Part shown: positions 29,219-40,204 of the stretch, piece after piece | How the letters are laid out: each line of letters opens with the position of its first letter | Numbering within the stretch: the stretch's first letter is position 1 | Assembly (NCBI GenBank): GCA_945862235.1 | Contig: CAMAYU010000011.1 | Location: 1,610-65,609 of the forward strand | Direction: 5' to 3' | Source: Schlesneria paludicola DSM 18645 | GTDB taxonomy: Bacteria > Planctomycetota > Planctomycetia > Planctomycetales > Planctomycetaceae | Length of the DNA stretch: 64,000 bases | The notes under the pieces: generated by a model | Databases searched by the model: none | Seen by the model: the letters and a program-made list of their open reading frames with translations, nothing else | Told to the model about the DNA's origin: nothing | Program-made: the position numbers and the translations under genes

Positions 29219-29686
29219 TCAGCGCAGGTCGAAGTGGAATGTTCTCTTGCTCGAACTGACATCCGCCGTCAGTTCCGAGTTCTTGTAGTACTTGTCAGGA
29301 ACCCGTTCCTTGGCCGCCTCGGGCTTGACGGCATCTCCATCCAAGCTGCTTTCGCCCCCCTCTTCCGAAGAATTCAGTCCCAATATCTTTCGAGTGGTAC
29401 TGATGCGAACAATCTTCTTGCCCGGCTTCACGCCTCGCATGTCGGAGCCCAACTGCAACGTGTAGTTGCCGCCGGAGTCTGTTTGTCCATACGAAAAGGT
29501 TCCGTCTTGGACATCGTCAAACGTGATGACCGCCTTAGCCAAGGGCTGACCGTTCAACATCACCTGACCGTTCACGGACACCAGCCCGAGTGAACCGTAA
29601 GCCGCTTTGGGCTTCGACTCACAGCCGCTCATCATCGCGAGTGCCAGCACGAGTCCCACTCCGAATGCGTTTTCACGCCTGTCCAT
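29219..29686 (-). CDS. carboxypeptidase-regulatory-like domain lipoprotein (DUF1559 partner)
   Basis: Lipobox MMSGC, VxGxVxLNGQPL, TDSGGNYTL, VPDKYYKNSELT motifs. Confidence 0.8.
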   Translation of the reverse strand: MDRRENAFGVGLVLALAMMSGCESKPKAAYGSLGLVSVNGQVMLNGQPLAKAVITFDDVQDGTFSYGQTDSGGNYTLQLGSDMRGVKPGKKIVRISTTRKILGLNSSEEGGESSLDGDAVKPEAAKERVPDKYYKNSELTADVSSSKRTFHFDLR

Positions 29687-29730
29687 TGTTTCCCCCTGCT
29701 TCACAGAAATCGTTTGGAGAGCGTGCGTCA

Positions 29731-30699
29731 TTAGTATTCGCCCACAACTTCGCCGCCATTGCGCGTGGCCAGCTTGCGATAGAGTTGAAGATCGACGCTG
29801 TCCGAGACAAATCTCACGGTCCCATCGGCCAATGTGAAATGGGCACCACCGACATGCCAACTGCCGAACGACATTTCCATGATGACACCGTGGACCGTCG
29901 GATCGCGTCGGCTGTTGATTTTGCCGAAGGTGCTTCCCACGAATTCCGAGTACTCGGTTCCACCAATCCCACCCAATGCCCAGGTCCCCGTTTGAGGTGA
30001 ACCAAACTGCCAATAGTCCATTCCCTGTCCGTCCTTGACGTATGTGGGATCGGTAAACGATTCGCCAATGAGAATGGTGTTCGAGGTGCCATCGAAAATG
30101 TCGGCCATCCTGACGTTACTACAACCGAAAAAGATGCCATCGTGAGTTGCCTGTTCCAGCGCAGCGGTGGTGCCGCTGCCTGCGGGGATCGTTGAAGCAT
30201 CATCGGATGCGGCTATGGACGAAGCTACGCCGCGGTAACTGACCGGCGATCGCCCCGGAATGCTCTCGTTATCAATATGCCCAGGAACAGCCATGCTCGG
30301 GCAGCGAAATGCGGGGATCATTTTTTCGCAGGCCGTTAAGTTTGGCGAACCGACCGCGTTCCAGTCTCCCAAGCCGCTCTCCGCCCAGATCAACGTACCA
30401 TACAGAGCGGACAACTCGAGCTGAGGCAGGATCATGGCCTGCCAGCCGGTTTCGCGTTCGTCCCATCCGAACGGGAACACGCCGTGAGTGTCGTGGTAGT
30501 TGTGCATCGCCAAGCCGAGCTGCTTCAAATTGTTCTTGCACTGCGTTCGCCGCGCCGCCTCACGCGCCTGTTGCACGGCGGGTACCAGCAGCGCGACCAG
30601 CACCGCGATGATCGCGATCACGACGAGCAACTCAATCAGCGTGAAACCACGACGGCGAACGTGCCCCGATTCCGATGTTCCAAGCAAATCACAAAGCAT
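29731..30699 (-). CDS. DUF1559 prepilin-type N-terminal cleavage/methylation protein
   Basis: [32 protein letters not shown]9-DG ([12 protein letters not shown]); AGGAG RBS. Confidence 0.95.
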   Translation of the reverse strand: MLCDLLGTSESGHVRRRGFTLIELLVVIAIIAVLVALLVPAVQQAREAARRTQCKNNLKQLGLAMHNYHDTHGVFPFGWDERETGWQAMILPQLELSALYGTLIWAESGLGDWNAVGSPNLTACEKMIPAFRCPSMAVPGHIDNESIPGRSPVSYRGVASSIAASDDASTIPAGSGTTAALEQATHDGIFFGCSNVRMADIFDGTSNTILIGESFTDPTYVKDGQGMDYWQFGSPQTGTWALGGIGGTEYSEFVGSTFGKINSRRDPTVHGVIMEMSFGSWHVGGAHFTLADGTVRFVSDSVDLQLYRKLATRNGGEVVGEY

Positions 30700-31388
30700 G
30701 ATCGACTCCTGTATGAAAAACAGACCGACTGGCAACGACGAGCCGGACTTGGAGCACAGTTTAGGAACGGTTGTAAACCGTTGACTTGAGTCCCGTGAAT
30801 ACGGTCAGAAAGAACGGAATCCACATCTGATGCTGCGAATCCAAAGTACGGTCTTGGGTGCGCCGGAACGTTCGACGAAAGTGCGAGAGTGCATTCAAGC
30901 TCACACTTTCAACGGACGGGGAATCCGCTCGTTTCAAAGCATCTGAGAGTGCGGCACACCCGGCAGGGCACTGACACGCGCCGATGAGGCTCCCCCATTA
31001 GGCTCCAATCACTTTGGAGAAACAACGGTGACTCGTCGCAAAGAATGAGGCAAACCTATCCAAGAACGCCCCTCGGCCCCTCTCCCGGCAGTGCCTGAGC
31101 GAGGGAGAGGATTGCGGGTTCATCGGGGAATGCGTGCTGTCACGCAATTCGTGTCGAGTATTGGAAATACGGCGACATGAACTTTTGAGGCATGATTCCG
31201 ATGTTCAATCAGAAAAAAGCATAGCCCTGACCAAACGAGCTTGAACACAGGGCTTGAGGCACCGTTGGCGCATGTGGTTAGTTCACAGAAGACTCAGTAA
31301 GAACTTCCTCGACGAACCTAAACAACGAAGCACATTTCCCAAGACATGGCTACAACGCAACCAGGTTTGAAACAGCTTCGATTGTTGA

Positions 31389-31763
31389 TCACGACTTGTC
31401 GGCCTTTGAGGCGCACTCAATGTTGATGATATTCTTGCCTGGTTTGACTTCAGCAGTTTTCAATGACGCATTATCCACTTTACCCGACCGAACGGTGATT
31501 GCGTGCTTGCCGACCTTGGCACCCTTGATGTCTTGAACGTAGGTCAGTTCGTATTCCCCGAGAGTATTCGTATTCCCGTCAGACGGTCGCCCGACTTCGG
31601 GCACGAAACTGATCTCAACGAATTCCAGCGGCTTCCCGTCGAGTGTTACGACGCCTGTAACCGTACCCAGAGGCGGTTGATCAGGAATTCCGCCGCATCC
31701 AGTCAGCGCAATTGCAGTCGTCATGACAAGCCCCATGCTCGTGACTCGAACAATTATTCTCAT
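31389..31763 (-). CDS. carboxypeptidase-regulatory-like domain lipoprotein (DUF1559 partner)
   Basis: Lipobox LTGC, VTGVVTLDGKPL, TNTLGEYEL, GAKVGKH; upstream part of ORF 31389..32297 is out-of-frame overlap with the DUF1559 gene. Confidence 0.8.
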   Translation of the reverse strand: MRIIVRVTSMGLVMTTAIALTGCGGIPDQPPLGTVTGVVTLDGKPLEFVEISFVPEVGRPSDGNTNTLGEYELTYVQDIKGAKVGKHAITVRSGKVDNASLKTAEVKPGKNIINIECASKADKS

Positions 31764-32031
31764 CGTGATATTTCCTTGCCAATGGAAATGCTTAGAACGC
31801 ATTTCGAAATCTGTTTGCCTTGAAAAGGGAAGATCGACGCCTAAGCCATCACTGAGCGCTCGTGATGGGGACCCTCGCTTGCGAGCCAATCTAGCCTGAA
31901 AGGCGATCTGGTGTGCCGAACTCGCCCCGTTGACGCTGCGGAGTGGGTTTGAATCCGCTTCAAAGAACTCATCGTCGCCACTTAGTGCCCCAGCAATGTA
32001 GAGGCAAGCTGAGTGTTGTTTAAGTGCGGCG

Positions 32032-33078
32032 TTAGAGGTCGCTGTTGATTTCGCCTTCTCCGATGGTCCCAAGCCCCGAATAGACTTTGATGTCCATATT
32101 CTGGCTAAGAAACCGCACGGAGCCATCCGCCATGCCGAAATAGGCGCCGCCCGTGTGGTCTGATCCAGCCGTTTCACGTTGCTTGCCATTAATGCCTGCT
32201 TGCGATTGAACCACTGTGTCATATGTCGAAAAGAGTGTCGGCAGACCCCCAATTGCCCAGCCATCGAAGCTGGTGGCGGGTCCAAGCACTCCAGCATTTA
32301 ATCGCTGAACCTCACCGACGATGATTGTGTTGGACGATCCATCGATAATGTATTCGATGCGAGTGTTGCTGTTTACAGAAAAAATTCCGCCGTTATCCCC
32401 CAGCGACCCCATAGCGGATGTTGGATTTGTGCCGTAATACGTGGTGCGGTCCCCGGCAGCACCCGCCGTATTCAACGCCAGATTGCCTGCGCCGACACAG
32501 CCTCCATAGTCATTAAATCCACCGTTCCATTTGGCGAGTGATTTGAAGCCCATAGTCAGGGCGGTGTGTTTGTTTACGGGGCGGGAAGGACAGAGGTAAC
32601 CCGGAATGTTCCTGCTGGCTAACGGTTGCCCTGAAGCGTCTAACTCGTTGCGTTTGACATCGACGTTGAAGTTCCAAAGGTTGTACAGAGAGGCTTGATC
32701 CATGAAGGGCAGAATCTGAACCATCCAGCTTTGACAGCGATCGCCATTTTCAGCACGCCAGAGCATGTCGTACCCTCCCGTTGTGGCTGAGTTGAGAGTC
32801 TTGTCACTGGCATTCACGGGTGACGTGCCCAACATGATAATTGCACCGGGAGGAAACACTTGGCTCCGGTCGTAGTAGTTCGCCAGTGCCAATCCCATTT
32901 GCTTGAGATTGTTCTGGCACTGAGTCTTTCGTGCGGCTTCTCTTGCCTGTTGCACGGCTGGCAACAGCAATGCAATGAGTACGGCGATGATCGCAATGAC
33001 CACGAGCAACTCGATCAGCGTGAAGCCGCGATGGTGCGGCATCTTTGGTTTCCGACGTTCGGACAATTCGACGACCAT
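32032..33078 (-). CDS. DUF1559 prepilin-type N-terminal cleavage/methylation protein
   Basis: [42 protein letters not shown]; AAGGAG RBS. Confidence 0.95.
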   Translation of the reverse strand: MVVELSERRKPKMPHHRGFTLIELLVVIAIIAVLIALLLPAVQQAREAARKTQCQNNLKQMGLALANYYDRSQVFPPGAIIMLGTSPVNASDKTLNSATTGGYDMLWRAENGDRCQSWMVQILPFMDQASLYNLWNFNVDVKRNELDASGQPLASRNIPGYLCPSRPVNKHTALTMGFKSLAKWNGGFNDYGGCVGAGNLALNTAGAAGDRTTYYGTNPTSAMGSLGDNGGIFSVNSNTRIEYIIDGSSNTIIVGEVQRLNAGVLGPATSFDGWAIGGLPTLFSTYDTVVQSQAGINGKQRETAGSDHTGGAYFGMADGSVRFLSQNMDIKVYSGLGTIGEGEINSDL

Positions 33079-33312
33079 GACCATCTCCTTAATTGGCAAA
33101 CAAAGCAAAAAGATTGGTGCAGGCACACCAGTACGCTGGAGCGACACTCTAGATTTGTCTGTGAAGTTGAGATGAACTTTTAGAGAATCCTTCGTGAGAC
33201 AAGTGGATTGCACTTGTCTGAGTGGGCTTTCAGAATGGAACCTTCGTAAACCCACAAGTTTTCGCTCGCATCACTTCCTTCGTCACCTGCACAGACAGAT
33301 GGATCGCACGGC

Positions 33313-34971
33313 ATGACTCAACGGATGATCGGCCCTTTTGAAGTTGGCGACCGCATCGGTGTCGGTGGGATGGGGATCGTCTACCGTGCGATTTACACCA
33401 AGAACGGTGCTCCGGTCGCACTCAAGATTCTCTCGCCCGAGTTTTCGGATACGGAGTCGCTCCAGCGGCGATTCGAGCGAGAAGTGTCGATTCTCAAGAA
33501 GCTCCAGCACCCGCACATCGTTCGCTATTACGGCGGCGGCAAGTTCGGGACCCAGCGTTTCTACGCGATGGAACTCATCACCGGTGGCTCGGTTGAGGAC
33601 GTGCTCAAAGCGAAAAAGAAGCTGCCGTGGGAAGAGGCGATTGAGATCACGATGCAGGTGGCTATGGCGCTCGAACACGCTCACGAAGCGGGTGTCATTC
33701 ATCGCGATCTCAAGCCCGGCAACCTGCTGCTCACGAAGGACGGCACGGTCAAGCTGACCGACTTCGGCATCGCCCGTGACACGACTGCCACCGCCCTGAC
33801 CGCCGCTGGCAAGACGGTCGGCACGTATGCCTACATGGCTCCCGAGCAGATTCGCGGCAAGCCCCCCGTCGATAAGAAGACCGACCTCTACGCTCTCGGC
33901 TGCGTCCTATTCGAGATGATCGCCGGTGAGACTCCGTTCCAATGCGAGAATCAGGGCGAGATGCTCATGATGCACTTGCAGGAGGAGCCGCCACGCATCA
34001 CGTCACTGGTGCCCGACTGCCCGATGTTTGTCGAAGAGTTGATCTTTCATCTGCTGGAAAAGGATCCGCAAGAACGTCCGTTCGATGCTCTCGATGTCCA
34101 GACGAAGATCGATGGTGTGCGACGCAAGATCACCGAGCAAAAAAGCATGGCGGCAGACGCACTGGAAGCGGCAACGGCCTCAACCGTGATCGCCAGCGCG
34201 AAGGATTTGAACGAGCTGAAGTCGGCACTCGGCAAGCCCAAGAAAAAGAAAAAGAAAAAGGACACCAGCCAGTTTTACGAACGAACTTGGTTTCTCAGCT
34301 TATGCTTGGCTCTGGTCGCAGGCGGCATCGGCTGGACTCTCTGGAGTGCGTGGTGGCCGAGTGAAGACGCACTCATGGCGCGGGCTGAGCAGCTCATGAA
34401 GTCCGAATTCACCCTCGACCACGTCCGCGCCCGTGACGGTCATCTCAAGCCACTTCTGAAGCAGTTTCCCAACGGCAAACATGCCGACCGGGCACAGACA
34501 CTGATCGTGGATGTCGATAAGGAAGATACGCTCGGCAAGATGCGGGCGCGCGTCAAACTTCGTCAGCCACCACTCAACGAGGCTGAACTCCAGTTTCTCG
34601 CCGCCGAGCAGTTCTTGAAGTTTGGCGACCGCATTACCGCACTCCGCAAGTACCGCTCCATCGTCGATCTCTTCAAGACGACGGACGAACTCCGCGTCTA
34701 CGTTCTGCTCGCACAGGATGAAGCGGACAAGATCGTGGCCCAAGCAGGCGATGAGACGCTGGCCTCGTTCCTGAACATGCGACTCAAGAATGCCGAGACT
34801 TCCAAATCGAATGGCAAACTGAGCGAAGCCGAAGCGATTTGGACGAGCATCAAGACGCTCTACGAAGACAACGAAGAGGTCTCTGCCCACGTCGCCTTCG
34901 CCAGAAAACGCCTCGCGGACCCCAAAGGAAATCCCGGTCTACCGCCGTGGAATGAGGCTGAGACGCAGTGA
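33313..34971 (+). CDS. membrane-anchored Ser/Thr protein kinase
   Basis: GVGGMG, VALK, HRDLKPGN, DFG, GTYAYMAPE; poly-Lys then TM helix. Confidence 0.95.
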   Translation: MTQRMIGPFEVGDRIGVGGMGIVYRAIYTKNGAPVALKILSPEFSDTESLQRRFEREVSILKKLQHPHIVRYYGGGKFGTQRFYAMELITGGSVEDVLKAKKKLPWEEAIEITMQVAMALEHAHEAGVIHRDLKPGNLLLTKDGTVKLTDFGIARDTTATALTAAGKTVGTYAYMAPEQIRGKPPVDKKTDLYALGCVLFEMIAGETPFQCENQGEMLMMHLQEEPPRITSLVPDCPMFVEELIFHLLEKDPQERPFDALDVQTKIDGVRRKITEQKSMAADALEAATASTVIASAKDLNELKSALGKPKKKKKKKDTSQFYERTWFLSLCLALVAGGIGWTLWSAWWPSEDALMARAEQLMKSEFTLDHVRARDGHLKPLLKQFPNGKHADRAQTLIVDVDKEDTLGKMRARVKLRQPPLNEAELQFLAAEQFLKFGDRITALRKYRSIVDLFKTTDELRVYVLLAQDEADKIVAQAGDETLASFLNMRLKNAETSKSNGKLSEAEAIWTSIKTLYEDNEEVSAHVAFARKRLADPKGNPGLPPWNEAETQ

Positions 34972-35017
34972 CGCAAGTCAAACGGCAAGAGTTGTCTGGC
35001 CCCATGTGCGTCAGCGA

Positions 35018-35947
35018 TCACACGTCGCAGACTTTGGCTGCGTGGCGTAAAGCTTCCACCTTGTCGGGCCACGTCGGAATGAACTCTTGCGCGACGAAGC
35101 CTTGGTAGCCGGTCTCCAAGATCGCCCGCATGATCGCGGGGTAGTTGATCTCCTGCTTCTCGTCGAGTTCGCCGCGGCCGGGATTGCCCGCCGTGTGATA
35201 GTGGGCGATCACGTCCTTGTACTGACGCAGCCGGCGGATCACGTCGCCGTTCATGATCTGCACGTGGTAGATGTCGAACAACAGCTTCATCCGGGGCGAA
35301 TCGACTTTCTTAATCAGCTCAACACAGAAATCGACATCGTCGCCGAAGTAGCCGGGATGCCCCTTCATCGGGTGGCTGCCATCGCGTGAGTTGAGATGTT
35401 CGAGACAGAGATTGATCTTCTTCTCTTCGGCGTAGGCGATGACCTGCTGCCAGCAGTCGATGCAGTTTTGAGTCCCCTGCTCGTCGGTGATTCCCGCCTC
35501 ACGCATCCCCGTGAACGTGATGACGTTCGCACACTCGTTTTCGACTGCGAGGTCGATGGCGGACCTCAGCTTCGTGACGCAGAACTCGTGGTTCGCCCGA
35601 TTGAACGGCCCGCGTGCGAAGCCGTGGCTGCTCACCAGCGAAATCTTCAGTCCCAGCTTTCTCGCGGTGGGATAGTGTTCGGCTCCGATCCCTTCGATGG
35701 CGACGAGACCGATGTCGCGGCAGTGTTTCATCAGCTCGGGCGTCGGCATCGGGTTGAAGCACCAGCCCATGACCGATTGCCGGATGCGACCGTGTTGAAT
35801 CTTGTAGTCCGGTTCCACAGGCCGATCTGCGGCCATCGCCTTCGCCTCGAACGAGCCAGCCGAACCCCAGCCAATCGTTCCCACGGCCATCGCCCCCGCT
35901 GCCGCTGCCGTCTTCAATGCGTCCCGTCTGGTCAATTGCTGGTCCAT
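35018..35947 (-). CDS. hydroxypyruvate isomerase / xylose-isomerase-like TIM barrel protein with Tat signal
   Basis: TRRDALK signal; CLEHLN, LLFDIYHVQIMNGD, HYHTAGNPGR, AQEF. Confidence 0.88.
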   Translation of the reverse strand: MDQQLTRRDALKTAAAAGAMAVGTIGWGSAGSFEAKAMAADRPVEPDYKIQHGRIRQSVMGWCFNPMPTPELMKHCRDIGLVAIEGIGAEHYPTARKLGLKISLVSSHGFARGPFNRANHEFCVTKLRSAIDLAVENECANVITFTGMREAGITDEQGTQNCIDCWQQVIAYAEEKKINLCLEHLNSRDGSHPMKGHPGYFGDDVDFCVELIKKVDSPRMKLLFDIYHVQIMNGDVIRRLRQYKDVIAHYHTAGNPGRGELDEKQEINYPAIMRAILETGYQGFVAQEFIPTWPDKVEALRHAAKVCDV

Positions 35948-36132
35948 GTTGCGTCGTCCTTCACGATGTCAGAAGAGTTGCGGCCTCAACTCCCGCGAGA
36001 GACAGAACCATCACGAGTCCTGCGGCAGAACCGGGAGCGCGACGCTACATTGGTGACGTTTGGCGCCGCCGACAAGTCTGGCGCGAGCACGACAACGACT
36101 TCCAGCGAACGACTTCATCAAGGACAGAGACA

Positions 36133-36426
36133 ATGACGACGCCAGGTGGATCGGCGGCGAGTACGGATGGCGAGCCGCGAGCAAATGCGGTGACAATGGG
36201 CACGCCTGTGATCGTGAACGCACCGAGTGCCCAAGACGCGGGATCACATCGAGCGACCGAAGCGGAAGAGGCCCAGATCATCGCAGCGTGGCGAACGGGA
36301 AAGTACCCGACGAAAGAGCGTTGTCTGAAAGCCCTCGGCCTGGAAGGGCTCAACAATGCCGCGCTCTGGAAGCGAGTGAAGCGTGCCCTCGACCGCACCA
36401 GCCGACGATCTGAAAAGCCGACTTGA
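36133..36426 (+). CDS. small hypothetical protein, possible C-terminal HTH
   Basis: AGGA RBS upstream; helical basic C-terminus; no recognised family. Confidence 0.45.
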   Translation: MTTPGGSAASTDGEPRANAVTMGTPVIVNAPSAQDAGSHRATEAEEAQIIAAWRTGKYPTKERCLKALGLEGLNNAALWKRVKRALDRTSRRSEKPT

Positions 36427-36473
36427 TCGACCGTTTCGATGAAGATCGCACCCCAACCCGCTTGCCGCCCGCC

Positions 36474-39400
36474 TCACGGCATCGGCCGCCCGGCGTCGTA
36501 CATCAGTTCGGCATCGGCCGCTTTGAGTGGCCGGTTGAGGATGACGACTTCGTCGATCAGTCCCTTCCAGTGGCGAAATTCTTTCCGCTTGAGCGTCTCG
36601 GAATTGGCTCCGATCGTCACCGGATGCTGGTTCTGTTTGGGCGGTCCCAACTTGGTGACGCCCTCCAATTGCCCGTCGAGATACAGCGGGATCGTGGAGC
36701 GAGTCCCCGTGAAGTCGTAGACGCCGACGGCCAGATGCCACTTGCCATCGTTGACGGAAGTCAGACCTTCGATTCGCCCGAACGGATGAGCCGCTTTTTC
36801 AGCCGCCGAGGCTTCGGGCGGCAAATAGTTGTTCATCGCCAGTTGCAGAGTGTGCTGCTCATTGTCACGTTGCAGCCGCCAGGCACTGTCGCCCTTGCCG
36901 ACGATCACCTGATGAGCGGCATCGAACTCAGTCGCCTTGAACCACGCCGCAATCGTGAACGACGCGGTGAAGTTGCAGTTGCTCGAATCGCCATCGCCCA
37001 ACGAAACGTAGTGTCCCGAGTTCTTGCCATCGAACTGCAAGGCGGACCTCTGTGGAAAGCGACCGGGAGCCCAGCGTGCTCCGCCGTGAACCTTACCGTT
37101 CATCGCACCGAACTTCGGCGACGTGGCTTGGCTATTCAAGACAGCCTTGCCGTCCTTCTCACCGCTGAACGTGTAGTACGCGATCAAGTCGGGATCCTTC
37201 CGCAGTTCTTCGGAATACGTCTTCCAGCGATCATCAGAGGGGGGGCCGAGCGACAGGTTGGAAGCGGCGTTCCCCGTCGAGACCACTTCCTCCAACGTCA
37301 TGGCCATGATGATCGGTGCCGTTTTGTCCGCCCCCTTCGCGAGCTCGACCGTCGTGATGCGATCCGTTCGCTTGGGATGAATACTCAGGAACCGCAACTG
37401 CTGTTGACCGGTCTCAAACGCGAACTTGCTTCCCGAGACATCAATGCGATGGATGTAGTCCGCGAAGTGTTCGCCGTTGATGAGTTCATGGTTCTCGAAG
37501 CTGCCGTCCACGTACGTCAGCCGCACGATCATCGAGACGGAACCTTTGGGTTGCGATGGATAACGGCAGCCGCCAACGCGACTCAGCAAGTGGATCGCTT
37601 TCGCGGAGAAGCTGGTCGGCACGCTGACCGACTTCGGTTTCTGAGGAGCCTGTTTTCCAATTGCTCCCTGCAACATCACCACGTTCGGCGTGTTGCCGCT
37701 CCGCGGATCAATGAGCGTGAACGGCGCGCCTTCGATGTCCTTCGGGGTCCACGCGGGAAGAACCAGTCGCTCGGTGTCGTTGGACTCCTCGTTGAACATC
37801 CCCTTCGTACTGACTGTGTTGGCGATGTGATCGAGCGGGACGCGGACGAAGCGGCCTTGAACGGAAGTCGCATTTGCGTTCGAGGGTTGAATGCCGGATG
37901 TCGTTGTTACCGCGAGTGCCGTCTGGTTCGAGCGGCCTCCCGACATGAAGATTACGAGTCCGGCAATCAGGACCGTCGCCGTCAGTCCGCCACCGAGCAG
38001 CATCAGGAACTGAGCATCGCCTCCGTTCTTGCCACTCGAATTGTCCGACGACTTGCGGATACGCCGTCGATTGGCATTCGACGGAAGCGAAGGGAGGTCT
38101 GCGAAGTCTTCCTCATCATGCTCGGCTCTGTTCGGAACGATCACGATCGCGTTCATCGGCCCACTCCGTGCGGGAGCGCGCTTCGTGAGGTCGGCCTTCG
38201 CGGGCAATTCCTTGGTCGAAACCTGAGATGGCATTCGCTTGACGATCGCGTTCGTGGCGGCAGGCTCAGCCAACCCGAGCGGCTTGTCGGTCTCAATCGT
38301 CGATTTCATCGAGGTCACGCCGGTCGCCTGCATGGAAGCAACACCCGTCGAACCCGCCATGCTCCCTTCAATACTGAGGGGCGAAAGGACTCCGGACAGG
38401 TGCCCGTTCGTGTTGATCGCATTCGCCTCGGGACCGCGACCGAGCAGTGGCGTGAACGTCGCGCGGAGATGTTTCACCGCAAACACGTCGTACGGCGAAG
38501 TCTTCCTCTGGGCGAGCGGCTTCAACGCGGCAATCAGCTCCTCGGGAGTCTGAAATCGATCGTCGGCCTTCTTCGCCAGCAGCTTGAGAACGATCTGTTC
38601 GAGTTCCTCCGAGATGTCGCTCTTCAACTGACGCACCGGCGTCGGCGCGGCGGACTGATGTTTGACCAACTTCTCCGCACTGCTCCTTCCCTCGAACGGA
38701 ATCTTCCCCGTGAGCATGAAGTGCAGCACGCCGCCCAAGCTGTAGAGGTCCGTTCGCGTATCGACGCGATGGCTGTTGAGAGCCTGCTCCGGTGCCATGT
38801 AGTCCACCGTGCCGACCTGATCTTAGGCTGAGGTCAATGAGTCATTGCGGGGGTACTGCTTGGTCATCACCAAGCCGAGATCAAGGATCTTCACGATCCC
38901 CGACGTGTCGATCAGCAGGTTGCCCGGCTTGATGTCGCGATGAACGAGCTTCGCCTTGCGAGCGGCTTCCAGCCCCGCCGCCGCCTGCATTGCGTAGTCA
39001 GCCGCCTACTTCCAATCGACGGGGCCGAACTTCGCCACCTGCCGCTCGACATCGATCCCCTCGACGTACTCCATGCTGATGAACGGAATGTCGTCGATCT
39101 CGTCGAAGTCATACGCCTGGATGATGTTCGCGTGCGAGAGCTGTGCGACCGCGCGGGCCTCACGTTTGAAGCGAGCCAGTGCGTCGTCTTTGCTCTTCGA
39201 GATCCGGCCGATCACTTTCAACGCGACCAGCCGGTTCATTGTGATCTGTTCGGCGAGGTACACCATCCCCATCTCGCCTTGGCCGGGATATCGAGCAGTC
39301 GGTACTTGCCGAGTTAGAAACCATCGGCCTTCCCGGAGAGCAGTCTCAGCGCCTGATACGCCGACAACAACTGACTCTTCACGAGTGACTTCGCGACTTG

Positions 39401-39531
39401 GAGACGTCGCTCTCATCCACTCCCAGCGACGGAACTTGCTCTCGCATTTTTCGCATGAGCGGTCGGCGCAGGAGCTGGCTCTGTTCGAGCAAAGACAGAA
39501 ACTCATCGACGGAAGCGGTGGCAACTGGCAT
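36474..39531 (-). pseudogene. disrupted Ser/Thr kinase with TM helix and C-terminal LamG/concanavalin-like domain
   Basis: Kinase motifs in one frame interrupted by TAG 39006-39008 and TAA 38823-38825 ([30 protein letters not shown]); LGKYRLLDI lies in another frame just before GQGEMG; LamG motifs (VNDGKWHLAVGVYD, FKG-like WKGLIDEVVILNRPL). Confidence 0.85.
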
Positions 39532-40204
39532 GAGTCGGAACCGGGAAGTGGTTCGGTTCTGACGATCGCAGGGAAGAATCGACAAGGTCTCGATGACGGC
39601 AAAAACTTCTCAAGCGTCCTTCGTCCGCTCAAAGCAAAGAGCTTGCCAAGCCATCCACTCGCGATGTCTCGTACTTCTCAACCACTGCAATCAAATCAAC
39701 CGTTACAACCGAACCCCATGATTGGCCGATTGCGACGTTCACTCCGGTTAACGCGATGCCGAAACCGTCCGCACCGAGCACGACGGTCACAACGATTCTC
39801 GCCTGATGTTGGCTGTCACCCACAGCAACGTTGCCATGATCGCTCTTCAGGGGTTGGTCTCCGTCGCCCAACCCCGATGTGGCGGTTACGCCACATCCAG
39901 CGACAACACGATCCATGCGCAATGCGTTCATACTTCGGATTTTGCTAGTTCAGGCGGATGAAGTCGTTGAATTTTGGCAACGTTCCGAACATTGCCGTAG
40001 CGAGTTGCTCGTGAGAGATTAGGCTTGCACACCAACCCGCATCGTCAGCAAGAACGTGACGAGCTCGCGGCTCGAATGCGAGTTGAGTTTGCCAATTCCA
40101 AGCCGAAGCCGTTACGGTGATCGAGCGATTTCAAGTCCAAATTCACCCAACCCTCACGGCCTCGTGTGAGGTAAATTCCGCCCCTCTCATGACACGACGA
40201 CACC

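Noticed and set aside
30736-31388. Hidden gene or ncRNA in the 650-bp gap between the DUF1559 cassettes
   Set aside because: No ORF of 60 aa or more and no extended pairing, apart from a half repeat at 31069-31110 and a short palindrome.
38823-39008. Stop-codon reassignment or programmed readthrough in the kinase
   Set aside because: The stops are of two types (TAG and TAA), are accompanied by frameshifts, and TAG/TAA terminate normal genes elsewhere in the window.
39629-39931. 100-aa ORF in the gap between the kinase pseudogene and the FKBP gene
   Set aside because: No RBS, motif or convincing codon bias; left uncalled.
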